Translations under genes and position numbers: made by a program | In this document: one piece after another, positions 30,204 to 41,000 of the stretch | Layout: every line of letters begins with the position of its first letter | How positions within the stretch are numbered: the stretch's first letter is position 1 | The notes under the pieces: model-generated | Databases searched by the model: none | What the model was told of the DNA's origin: nothing | What the model saw: only the letters and a program-made list of their open reading frames with translations | NCBI GenBank assembly: GCA_040767965.1 | Contig: JAXGNR010000004.1 | Location: 384,001 to 448,000, forward strand | Direction of reading: 5' to 3' | DNA: 64,000 bases | DNA from: Atribacterota bacterium | GTDB lineage: Bacteria; Atribacterota; Phoenicimicrobiia; Phoenicimicrobiales; Stramentimicrobiaceae

Positions 30204-30400
30204 TTGGTAGAAAATAAAAAAAGGATTGCTATTATAGTTCCAAACCTTAATGGTGGTGGTGTGGAAAGAGCTGCATAAAATATTATCAATGTATCTTTCT
30301 AAAGATAAATATGAAAAATATATAATTGTGTTCGATAATAGTGATATAGAATATGAATACGAAGAGACATTTGGGGCCTTTATTAATTTAGATTTAAGAG
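30204..30400 (+). pseudogene. 5' stub of a GT4 glycosyltransferase
   Basis: SD then TTG 30204: MVENKKRIAIIVPNLNGGGVERAA*, continuing in a shifted frame as ILSMYLSKDKYEKYIIVFD. Confidence 0.65.
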
Positions 30401-30530
30401 CAAAGATAATATTATTAATAAAACTTTCAAGAATGAGTGTTATAATTTCTGTAAATATTACAAAACTATTACAAAACTATGATATATTAAAATTTAAATT
30501 ATTTTTTATAATTATAATAAAAAGGTGCTC

Positions 30531-31499
30531 ATGAAAAAAATAATTGTAACCGGTTCAGCTGGCTTTATTGGAAGCAAAGTTACCGAAAAGCTATTAGAAG
30601 AAAATAATGACGTTATTGGAATTGACAATCTAAATAATTATTATGATATAAGGTTAAAACAATGGCGTTTGGAAATATTAAAGAAATATGAAAATTTTAC
30701 TTTTTATAAGGTGGATATTGAAAATATCAACATTTTAAGGGAAATATTTAAAAACCAAAGGATAGAAGTGGTGATCAATCTTGCAGCTAGAGCGGGAGTT
30801 CGGTATAGCATAGAGAACCCTTTACTGTACCATAGTACCAATATTGGTGGTAATTTAAATTTACTGGAAATGTGTAAAGAATTCAAAATAAAAAAGTATA
30901 TTTTAGCTTCTACATCTTCTTTGTATGCCGGGCAACCTACTCCATTTATTGAAGACTTGTCTGCGAGTAATCCTATTTCTCCATATGCTGCTACTAAAAA
31001 AGCTGCTGAGATTATGGCATATACCTATCATTATCTATATGGTGTTGATGTCAGTATTGTTCGCTACTTTACAGTATATGGTCCAGCAGGCCGTCCGGAT
31101 ATGAGTCCATTTCGTTTTGTTAAATGGGTATTAGAAGGAACACCTTTAACTATTTATGGAGATGGCAGTCAGGAAAGAGACTTTACTTATGTGGATGATA
31201 TTGCCGAGGGAACAGTTAGAGCAATAAAACCGGTTGGATATGAAGTTATCAATTTAGGGAGTAGTGAACCATATAAACTCTCAGATATGATTAAAATAAT
31301 TGAAAAATATACTGGGAAAAAAGCTAGTTATAAATATGAAGGCTTTCATAAGACAGATATGAAATCTACCTGGGCAGATATCAATAAAGCTAAAAATATT
31401 CTTGACTGGAGACCACAGGTTGACCTTGATGAAGGAATTAAAAGAACTGTAAATTGGACAAAAGATAATAACGGTTGGGTTTTAAAAATAAAAATATAA
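30531..31499 (+). CDS. UDP-glucuronate 4-epimerase-type SDR
   Basis: TGSAGFIG, AARAGVRYS, YAATKK, YGPAGRPDM. Confidence 0.85.
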   Translation: MKKIIVTGSAGFIGSKVTEKLLEENNDVIGIDNLNNYYDIRLKQWRLEILKKYENFTFYKVDIENINILREIFKNQRIEVVINLAARAGVRYSIENPLLYHSTNIGGNLNLLEMCKEFKIKKYILASTSSLYAGQPTPFIEDLSASNPISPYAATKKAAEIMAYTYHYLYGVDVSIVRYFTVYGPAGRPDMSPFRFVKWVLEGTPLTIYGDGSQERDFTYVDDIAEGTVRAIKPVGYEVINLGSSEPYKLSDMIKIIEKYTGKKASYKYEGFHKTDMKSTWADINKAKNILDWRPQVDLDEGIKRTVNWTKDNNGWVLKIKI

Positions 31500-31522
31500 T
31501 TTAACAAAAAGGACATGTTGAC

Positions 31523-32662
31523 TTGAGAAGATCTTATATTAAGAGAATTATTAATAATATTTACTCTTATTATGAACCTTTTGATAGCCTTGGAATAATA
31601 AACATATACAGAAAATTCAAAGATCGTAAAGAGGTGACGCCTGAAAACAAGAAATTAGACAGTGCCACACCAGTAAAAATATTATGGCCTCCTGATGTAC
31701 GTAAACCCAGAGTAGGTTTAGTAAAATCCGAAAAAGGATGCAATGCTTATTGGCCTAAATTTGAACGATTCCTCAAAACAAATGATATAAATTACAGTTA
31801 TTTTGATATTAAATCATCTGATTTTATTTTAGAAATAAAAAAATATGATGTCATTATATGGAGAACGCCTCCTGAATATGCAGACCAATGGGAAGCCGCT
31901 GATAAAATAGAATTTATGGAAGAGTATCTTAACAAGATTGTAATGCCTCCCAGGCAGTCATTATGGATGTATGAAGACAAAGTAAGAATGCAGTGGCTGC
32001 TTCAGATAAATAATCTTCCAGTTATTAAAACATTTATATCATTTTCGAAAGAAGAAACCAAAAATTATATTGAAACTTGCCACTATCCTTTTTTATCAAA
32101 AGACAAGACATCCTCAAGTTCAAATGGAGTTTTTCTGGTAAAAAATAAAAGACAGGCAAGAAAGCTGTGGAGAAAAATATTTTTTAGAGGCTTAAAATTA
32201 GAAAATTCTTACGTAAAACAAAAAGATTATGTTTTTTTTCAGGAATATGTACCTAACAAAGGTTTTGATCTTCGTGTAATTATGATTGGTGATTCATATT
32301 TTGGTTATTATAGATATCCATCAAAAAAAGATTTTAGAGCTTCAGGTTCAGGAATAGTTATAAAAGAAAGTATTCCTAAAAAAGTATTGAATTTAGCAAA
32401 AAAAACAAGAGAATGTTTACCAAAATCATACCTATTGGCAGTAGATTTTTTACAGGATACCCGTGATGATAAATTTTATATAATTGAAATTTCCATCTTT
32501 ACACAGGTATTATCTTCGGAAAACTTAGTTGTCGATGGAATTCCCGGAAGATATATTGAGCAGAATGGAGATTTTGTTTTTGAACCAGGACGTTTTTGGA
32601 TACAAGAACTTATGATGAAAGAATTAATGAAAGATTGGATTGCTAAAAATACAGTAAAATAA
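31523..32662 (+). CDS. RimK-like ATP-grasp ligase
   Basis: YEDK, SSSNGVFLV, FQEYV...FDLRV, DFRASGSG, AVDF, IIEIS. Confidence 0.75.
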   Translation: MRRSYIKRIINNIYSYYEPFDSLGIINIYRKFKDRKEVTPENKKLDSATPVKILWPPDVRKPRVGLVKSEKGCNAYWPKFERFLKTNDINYSYFDIKSSDFILEIKKYDVIIWRTPPEYADQWEAADKIEFMEEYLNKIVMPPRQSLWMYEDKVRMQWLLQINNLPVIKTFISFSKEETKNYIETCHYPFLSKDKTSSSSNGVFLVKNKRQARKLWRKIFFRGLKLENSYVKQKDYVFFQEYVPNKGFDLRVIMIGDSYFGYYRYPSKKDFRASGSGIVIKESIPKKVLNLAKKTRECLPKSYLLAVDFLQDTRDDKFYIIEISIFTQVLSSENLVVDGIPGRYIEQNGDFVFEPGRFWIQELMMKELMKDWIAKNTVK

Positions 32663-32901
32663 TATATAGAGAATAAAAAATAAGAGGTTATGCATAAGAC
32701 AAGCAATAAAAATTAAGATATTATTAATATTCTAATTTATAGTTAATGAGGTTTAGCTATAAGGAATGAAAACAGAAGTAAAAAAAGTGCATACATCTTG
32801 CCATTTTTCAACAATAAATTATTAGGCCAAATAGATTACCATACAATTTAAGTGAAAACTATTTATAAAACTTAAGACTTAAGAAAAGAGTTAATAAAAA
32901 A

Positions 32902-33084
32902 GTGCACATTTTATACTTACATCAATATTTCAATACCCCTGAAGAAGGTGGTGAAACAAGATCTTATGAGTTTGCTAGAAAATTAATTAAACTTGGGCAT
33001 AAAGTAACAATAGTGACAAGTTCTAATAAAACAGATAATTCAGTGAAAATAATGGAAGGTATAAATTTTGTTACACATAAATAA
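32902..33084 (+). pseudogene. 5' stub of a WbuB-like GT4
   Basis: HILYLHQYFNTPEEGGETRSYEFARKL..GHKVTIVTS, truncated at 60 aa. Confidence 0.75.
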
Positions 33085-33184
33085 GCTTTTTAATAACTTG
33101 AAATTAACAAAATTATATAAACTTACAAGTATTTTTTTAGGTTGGTTCCCTGCAACAACCAGATGCTTAAAAAGGAAGTTTTAA

Positions 33185-34339
33185 TTGATTATCATTTATT
33201 ATTTTTCTATATTATTATTGTCTTATATTTACCTTGGTTATCCTCTTTCATTATACTCTCTGAGCCTATTCAAAAAATACAATATTATTTATTTAGTTGG
33301 TTACTTACCCTCAGTATCAATTATTATCGCTGCCTATAATGAAGAAAAAGTTATTGAAGATAAAATCAAAAATACTTTAGAGCTTGATTACCCCAAAGAA
33401 AAGCTTGAAATTATTGTATTTTCTGATTTCTCTAAAGATAACACTGATGATATTGTGAAGAGGTATGAAAAAGTTGGTGTTAAACTCTTAAGAATTGAAG
33501 GGAGAAAAGGAAAAACTTTTTGCCAGAACAGAGCAGTAGAACATGCTAAGGGAGAAATCATACTATTTTCTGATGCTAACAGTATGTATGAGAGAGATGC
33601 TGTGAGAAAACTGGTTAGAAACTTTGCAGATGAAAAAGTTGGCTGTGTCTCAGGAGAATTAAAATATATTAACAGTGCTAATCAGAAAGATGAAAATAGT
33701 GAAGGATTTTACTGGAAATACGAGAAGATGATTAAAAGACTGGAGAGCAAAGTTTCTTCTCTTGTTGGGGCTAATGGGGCAATCTATGCTGTGAGAAAAA
33801 AATTGTATGCTCCTTTAGAGGATTTTGCAATCAGTGACTTTGCTGAACCCCTTATGATATTGATCAAAGGTTTCAGGACGGTTTATGAGCCGGAAGCTAT
33901 TGCAATTGAGAAAAATAATGATTCGTTCAGAGATTCATATCGCAGAAGAGTTAGGATAGTCACCAGGACTTTTAATAATATTATTAACTCCAGTGAAATA
34001 TTGGAATTGTTTAATCCAATTAAATATGGCTGGTATTCAATTCAATTAATTAGTCATAAATTTTTAAGATGGTTTACCGGATTGTATATGTTTATATTCT
34101 TACTACTTAATATAATTCTAGTTAATGAGAGCTGGGTTTATGCAATTATATTGATTTTGCAACTATTATTCTATCTTGTCGCATTTTTAGGTTATTTAGA
34201 CCAAAAATATTCCCAAAAAAGAGAAGTTATATTGTTGAATATTATTTTTTATTTTTGTATTTCAAATATTGCAATGCTCAATGGCATTATTAATGCTTTA
34301 TCAAAAAATAAAATTATAACCTGGGATACAAAAAGATAA
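33185..34339 (+). CDS. Membrane-bound GT2 glycosyltransferase
   Basis: YLGYP, IIIAAYNEE, FSDAN, GANGAIYA, RRVRI; C-terminal TMs. Confidence 0.88.
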   Translation: MIIIYYFSILLLSYIYLGYPLSLYSLSLFKKYNIIYLVGYLPSVSIIIAAYNEEKVIEDKIKNTLELDYPKEKLEIIVFSDFSKDNTDDIVKRYEKVGVKLLRIEGRKGKTFCQNRAVEHAKGEIILFSDANSMYERDAVRKLVRNFADEKVGCVSGELKYINSANQKDENSEGFYWKYEKMIKRLESKVSSLVGANGAIYAVRKKLYAPLEDFAISDFAEPLMILIKGFRTVYEPEAIAIEKNNDSFRDSYRRRVRIVTRTFNNIINSSEILELFNPIKYGWYSIQLISHKFLRWFTGLYMFIFLLLNIILVNESWVYAIILILQLLFYLVAFLGYLDQKYSQKREVILLNIIFYFCISNIAMLNGIINALSKNKIITWDTKR

Positions 34340-35115
34340 TAAACTTGTATTTAGAATTGCTATTTCTTCTTTTTCAAATTAATAAAAATGAGATTAAGAG
34401 AAAAGCAATTGAAAATAAGTTATTTTAAAAAATAGAACAATTTCACTCTTTTAATGACCATATATATTGAAGAAATAAACGGGTATTTATTTGAGTAGAT
34501 ATTTAAATAGTTATATTGATATTGAAATTTAAAAACCGATATTATATCAGATACTCAAGGCTATGGATTAACTTTAATTTCAAGAATAACAAGAAAATAC
34601 CAGGATATTGTTTCGGTTACCAGGAATTAACAATATTGGTTTAGGGTAGATGAGATGAATTGTATATTAGGACCAATACTTCCCGATGAGCTTAAGACTA
34701 TTGGTTAACTGTATTGAAGATAGTAGTGAAAAATTAAAGAACAATGAAAACGGTGAATATGATAATGGGATAAAATTGTCTGATAAGATTATTTTAAACT
34801 GTGAGATGATTGCCAATGGCGGATTTACCCCAGCAACTTCGGGATACTGGTAACACCGTTGTTTCAGGTTTGTGGCTTACACTGGCAACCTCTATTTCTC
34901 AGATATAAAAGAAAAATATTTAAGATTAATCGATAGTTTATATTATAAAAGTTTACAATTATTTTTTGTGTTATATTTATGATATAAATTATTAATTGAT
35001 TTTACAGCTATAATAAAGAATTTATAAATAATATATAATACAATAAACGCTAGGGCTGGAATCGCTAAGTCTTTTTGCATATTTTAATTTTGTTGTTTTT
35101 ATCGAAAGGATTTAA

Positions 35116-36084
35116 ATGCATTTATTGTTATTGGTTTTTATTTTTTCAAGTATTGTTAGTTTTTTTAGTTTTCCAATTATAATTCCTCGTTTAAAAAAAG
35201 CGAGAATTACCGGGCGAAATATGAATAGTGTCAATCAAGAAGAAATTCCAGAGATGGGTGGCTTGGTAATAGTAGCTGGATTTTCCAGTGGAATTATTCT
35301 AATAATTTTTTTAAAAACATTCTTCAAATTATTGCCTGATGTAAATTTAGTATCATTGCTTGCCTGTCTTTCAACTGTATTAATTGTTGCTTTGATTGGA
35401 GTTGTTGATGATCTAATTTCTATAAGGCAGATTATAAAGGCATTTATGCCAATATTTTCTGCCCTACCATTAGTGGCAATCGAGATTGGAGATACCATTA
35501 TGAGAGTCCCATTTATTGGTAGAATTAATTTTGGCATTATATACCCCCTGCTTTTAATACCATTGGGCGTTACTGGTGCAACTAATGCATTTAATATGCT
35601 GGCAGGATTTAATGGATTAGAGGTAGGTTTAGGGATAGTATGCATGATAACTGTCTCTATTATTGCTTATATTACAGGCAGCATGACTGCACTGGCAATT
35701 TCATTACCATGTCTGGGTGCTTTGCTTGCTGCTATTTACTATAACTGGTATCCGGCTAAGATATTAGTAGGTGATATTGGTACTTTATGCATGGGGGCAG
35801 TTCTGGCAACATGTGTTATTGTAGGTGATTTTGAAACAGCAGGTGTTATCTTGATAATACCATTTGTATTTGAATTTATTATTAAGGCATTACATAAATT
35901 TCCCACCCAGGATTGGTGGGGAGTGTACAAAGAAGGAAAATTATATTGCCCGGAAAATGGCCCGGTAAGTTTACCTCAAATTATAATGAAAGTCAGTGGG
36001 GGAATCAAAGAAAAAAATCTGGTAATATTTTTGATAGGTTTCGAGACATTTTTTGGATTGATTGCGATAATGATTTATTTGTAG
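35116..36084 (+). CDS. Archaeal/eukaryotic-type UDP-GlcNAc:polyprenyl-P GlcNAc-1-P transferase (AglH/DPAGT1-like GPT)
   Basis: GRNMN...IPEMGG, GVVDD, NAFNMLAGFNGLEVG, YNWYPAKILVGDIGT; lacks the WecA HHH motif. Confidence 0.8.
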   Translation: MHLLLLVFIFSSIVSFFSFPIIIPRLKKARITGRNMNSVNQEEIPEMGGLVIVAGFSSGIILIIFLKTFFKLLPDVNLVSLLACLSTVLIVALIGVVDDLISIRQIIKAFMPIFSALPLVAIEIGDTIMRVPFIGRINFGIIYPLLLIPLGVTGATNAFNMLAGFNGLEVGLGIVCMITVSIIAYITGSMTALAISLPCLGALLAAIYYNWYPAKILVGDIGTLCMGAVLATCVIVGDFETAGVILIIPFVFEFIIKALHKFPTQDWWGVYKEGKLYCPENGPVSLPQIIMKVSGGIKEKNLVIFLIGFETFFGLIAIMIYL

Positions 36085-36817
36085 GTTGAAAAAATCTGGT
36101 CTGTTAATGATATTTTAACAATCTTTTTTTCCAAAAACCAATTCTGTCTACCAATTATTTTAAAAAAACTCTCTTAAATTCACCATCTGCTTTATACTTC
36201 TCTCTCTCAAGAAAAAAGAGGGAAGTAAAGAATAAGAACAGTCTCTCTTTTAGTGGAATAAAAATAGAATAAAAAACCCCCATCTTCAGAGTGGATACAT
36301 TAAAAAGAGAAGTAATTTGAAATATTACTATAAATTAAATAAATGATTTATAATTTTAAGTTGATTACAATTTTTGACTTAGTATGATAATTATAATTAT
36401 CATGATATATTCATATCAATGCAATAAATGATTCGCTATATTGTGAAATTATATTATCCAAAAATATTCGGTTTAGCATCATATTAGATGAAGGTAATTT
36501 TATAAAATTAGAATATGAAAAGAAAAAAAGAAGAAATAATAGAAGCAGGCTATTAGCAAGCTATTACAGGAAATGATTGAATATTCTTTTGGTAAAGAAA
36601 GCGAGTAAGAATAAAATCCTCCCCTTCTCCTAGATTAAGAATAATCTGTTTGAGTGAAAGATTCATTTAATATAGTAATCATTAATCATTTTAATTAAAT
36701 ACATTAGATAATGTTGAGATTAGTGAATTACATGTATATACTATATTAAACATATTAATACTAAATGAATATGCTAATAATAATATAATATATATGGATA
36801 TTTGCAAGAGGAACTTT

Positions 36818-37969
36818 ATGAGAATACTAATTGTAGGTGCCGGGCCAATTGGCTGTTATACAGGGCAATTATTAAAAAAAATTGGATATGAGCCTATTTT
36901 GCTGGAAGAACATTCCAGTGTGGGGAAGCCGGTGCAATGTGCTGGAATTGTATCTTCAAAATTAATAAAAAATATTGAATCTTTTATAACCGAAGAATCG
37001 ATTACAAGCTATATTAACAGTTTTATTATTAATACTCCCTGGACAGATGAGTTTTCCATTAATATCCCTGGAATTGCCTGTGTTTTAAATAGAGAAAAAT
37101 TTGATTTAGACTTGAGTAAAGGACTGGAGATACATTTTGGGAAACGTATTACTAAAATAGAAAAAAAAGATTCTGTTTATTATATTTCTACAAAGCAAGG
37201 GGAATTATTTGAAACGGATATTTTGATTGGAGCTGATGGGCCTGATTCAATTGTCAGGAATTATCTGCTGGCTAATTTTAAAGGTGATAAAAATAAAGAT
37301 TACCGCCTTAAAATTGATTACTATTTTGGCATGCAATATCAGATAAAGTTAAATGATTCTTATCCTGGAATTGTTAATAATTCAATACAGGTATATTTTG
37401 ATGAAAAGACGCCCTTTTTTATTTGGATAGTTTCCGAAAATAGTAAATCAATAAGGATTGGTTCTGTTGGGAAAACTGCAGAAAGTACTAAGAAATCTTT
37501 AGATGATTATCTTGAAAGAAAAAAAATAACAGGAGAGTTTACTGATGTTATTGCTGGAAAAATAGCACTTGGGAATATCCCCACCTATTTTGACAATATA
37601 GCACTAGTAGGTGATGCTGCCTGCCAGGTAAAACCATTAACTGGGGGAGGTCTCTCTTATGGCCTGCAATGCGTTCAAACACTGGCTTCCTGTATAGAAA
37701 AAAATGAACTTGATAAATATGAACAGAAGTGGAAAAAAAAATTTGGGAAAGAAATTATCTTTGGGTTAAAAGCAAGAAAATATTACGAAACCATGAATGT
37801 TAAGCATAAAAAAGAAATTTTTAATGTTTTTAAAAATAATCACAGTTTTATTGAAAAAACAATAGATTATGATAATCATTCTACCTTATTTTTTGAAGCT
37901 TTTAAAAATAAGCAGATATTAATAGAAGCAGGGAAAATTATCACTTATTATTTAAAAAAAGGAATCTAA
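36818..37969 (+). CDS. Geranylgeranyl reductase-family flavoprotein
   Basis: GAGPIG, GKPVQCAG, REKFD, IGADG, LVGDAACQVKPLTGGG; GAGG precedes ATG 36818. Confidence 0.8.
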   Translation: MRILIVGAGPIGCYTGQLLKKIGYEPILLEEHSSVGKPVQCAGIVSSKLIKNIESFITEESITSYINSFIINTPWTDEFSINIPGIACVLNREKFDLDLSKGLEIHFGKRITKIEKKDSVYYISTKQGELFETDILIGADGPDSIVRNYLLANFKGDKNKDYRLKIDYYFGMQYQIKLNDSYPGIVNNSIQVYFDEKTPFFIWIVSENSKSIRIGSVGKTAESTKKSLDDYLERKKITGEFTDVIAGKIALGNIPTYFDNIALVGDAACQVKPLTGGGLSYGLQCVQTLASCIEKNELDKYEQKWKKKFGKEIIFGLKARKYYETMNVKHKKEIFNVFKNNHSFIEKTIDYDNHSTLFFEAFKNKQILIEAGKIITYYLKKGI

Positions 37970-38018
37970 TATCAATGTTAGATTCAGAATAATTTAACAG
38001 ATAAGAAGATGGTTAGAA

Positions 38019-41000
38019 TTAAAACGATATGCCTGTTTGGAAGTAAAGTCGAACTTTTGCTGATTCGGAAATTGGCTTGCTTGCTCCGATGGTAATAATA
38101 AAAGGATTGCTTTGTGCCTGTTTAAACTTAAAATTTATTTCTGCACCTATAGCTGCATTTAATTCTGAAGGGAGTTGAAGCAATTTTCCTTCCCAGGCCT
38201 GTCCTGCATCAAAAAACAAAGAACCGGATATTCTTTCTAAAAAGATTGAAGCCCAATCAAATCCTATCTTTCTTTCTACAGTCTTGATTGGAAAACGATA
38301 TTCGATACTTGCAGATAGAATATTATTCCCACTGAAAGTGGAAGCCGGAAATCCCCTAAGAGGGAAGCTGTTGTTTATTGAACTAAGTTCAGTGCTGTTT
38401 GAATTTCCACCCAGATAAAATTTTTCCTTTTGAGTTAAGCCCTTTGTTGCAAAACCAGCAACAAAGCGTAATGCTATCGATTGATTTGACTCAGACAAAG
38501 GGAAATATTTTCTGCCATCAAATAATAATTTATTGAAGGTTAAATCGCTTCCCAGCAATGTATTGGCATGCTGATAGTTTAATGAGAAAGAAGAGCCAAT
38601 TTCAGGGCCTACAGATGTCTGGTATTTTTCTGTATCATTGTAATCGTAACTTAAAATAAATGAATTAATTTTTCTAAAAGAAAGATTATCACTATTATTT
38701 CCATCATTCTTAAAATTATACAAGTGACTCTGGAAACCCAGGGTAAAATTGCCAGAAAAATAACGCGCTGAATCCTGCTGGGATGTGTATCCTTCATTTT
38801 GGTAATTTAGATTGGCCTGAAATACAGCATTTGTGCTTTTGGCATCAAAAAAATTCTGCAGATGGCCATCTTCCAGAAGTGTTTCGCCTTGCCAGGAAAT
38901 GGAAAAGTTTGGGTTTTGAGAATATTGGATAAAGTGAAAATCATAGTAAAGAGAAGGGGTGAAAACACCTTTTGCCAGTTTAAAAGGAAGATAGTAGTAT
39001 CCCAGATAGTCCTGTGCTGTGCTTGAAAATCCCAGATAAAGATCTTTAGAGGTTAAATTAAAATATGGTATCCAATAAGTTGGAAACAAGCTATCCCAGG
39101 GAGAATATGATACAGGGGACTGTTCTTTGTTTTTGTTCCTGATACAAAGAACCGTCCCCTGTATTGGTTTGTGAGAAATATTTACTTGATACAAAGAACC
39201 GTCCCCTGTATTGGTTTGTGTTTCAAATGACACTGGTTTCCAGAGTAAATTTTTAGTTTCAGCTAAATGTAATTCATAGCCAGTAGAATGATATTGAATG
39301 AAGGCAATTTCCTTTCCATCAGGGGAGCCGGCTGGTTCAAAGGCACCGGTGGTAACATTTGTTAATCTGAATAATATTTTTTCCTTCAATTGATATGCAT
39401 ATAGATTGAAAATACCACTGCGGTCTGAGGTAAAATAAATATATTCACCATCCGCAGACCAGCTTGGGCTTATATCAATGTGTTTGTCTCTGATTATAGG
39501 ATTTAAATATTTAATTTCATTAGCAGTGCCTAGCTCAAGAATATAAATATCTTGATAGCCATTTTGCCACATAGAAAAAGCTATTTTTTTACCATCAGGA
39601 GACCAGACTGGTTGAGAAATTTGTGTGCCATCATTAAAGCTGGTGAGATACAATAGATCTTCAAAAGTTAACATCTCATTTTTTGAAGAAGTAAAATCAG
39701 TATTTTTATTATTTCCCCCAAATAAAGAGGGAAAGGTATTTTCCAGAGAAAACAAAACAAGATTGCTACTGCCCGCGATGTTAATCACAGCTACAACATT
39801 ATATTCTGATTTGCTCGGATGCCAGCCGGGATCTTTGATTCTCATTCCTTCAGAAAGCTGTATTTGATTACCATTTTGTAGATTGAACAAAAACAGGTCA
39901 TAATATTGGTAAAATTCTTTAAAATTTTGCAGCTTGCTATAGATTAAATATTTGTTATCCGGTGATAAAGAGTAAGAGGTTCCATGACCTGTAGTTCTAT
40001 TTATTATAATACTTTCTTCTTTATTGAGTTGATTATATGAACGTATAGTAGGATATAATTCAGGTATATTAACACGATAAAGTAAAATTGCTTTATCTTT
40101 ATTATCTTTTTGCCACCAGATAGGATTATCAGCCCAGTACTGATGATTGGTAATTTGTTCAGAATGCGTTATCTCGCTGAAGCTGTATACATTTTCCAGT
40201 TGCTCCTGGTATTGAGATAACTTTTTGTCTTCCCAGTTTTTATATAAATCGTTTTGGTTAATACCCAGAGCTTTTTTAATAGACCAATTTATTCCCAGTA
40301 GAGGATTGGCACAAAAATATTCACTTATATCCAAAAGTTTTTCTTCTCCGTATTCCTGAGCAATATAATGCACAAGGGATTGACCGTAAATATAGGGGAT
40401 ATTGCCACCGGGCCAGGAAGTAAAATAGGTATCTTTTAACAGTTTTAAGTCTATTGGATTTTCTTCTAAAAAATCCGAACGCAGATACATATCATATCTA
40501 TTGTCTGTCAATCTGCCGCCTGATCCCAATTTACTTTCATAAAAAATTGCCAGTCCTTCAATAGCCCACATTGGCTGTAACGCATTAGGAGCAATGATTT
40601 GTCCCAGGAATAAACGCAAAAAAGATGTTGCTTTGCTGGTCATATCGAAATGAGCTATATGAGTGTATTCATGTGCTATTAATATTTTTAACCAGCTTTT
40701 AAATTTTGTATCAAAGGTTTTAAAACCAGGAGCGGTAAGATTTATTCTGATAGCGGGGTGTGGCAGAACGGTTGCAAATCCATAAACAGAGTCGCTAAAA
40801 TCTTCTAGAATAATTGCTGTTTTTCTATTTTTATTATATGGTTCTCCAAAATAAGGTATTAATTTTTGATATGTTTCTTCTGCTATATCGGCAATGGTAA
40901 GGGCAAATTCCTGGTATTCAAAATGCTGCAAAGTGGGGCTTTTTCCGGGAAAAATAACCAAAAAATGTTCACTTTCTATGGTTTGCCATTCTAGCGAAAG

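Noticed and set aside
36195-36630. TACTTCTCTCT...AGAGGGAAGTA hairpin and TCCTCCCCTTCTCC as relics of the CCCTCTCCC element
   Set aside because: Too degenerate to support; the hairpin could simply be a terminator
39140-39220. 34-bp direct repeat as a mini CRISPR array
   Set aside because: Only two copies, a 13-bp spacer, inside a CDS, with an inverted copy and no cas genes
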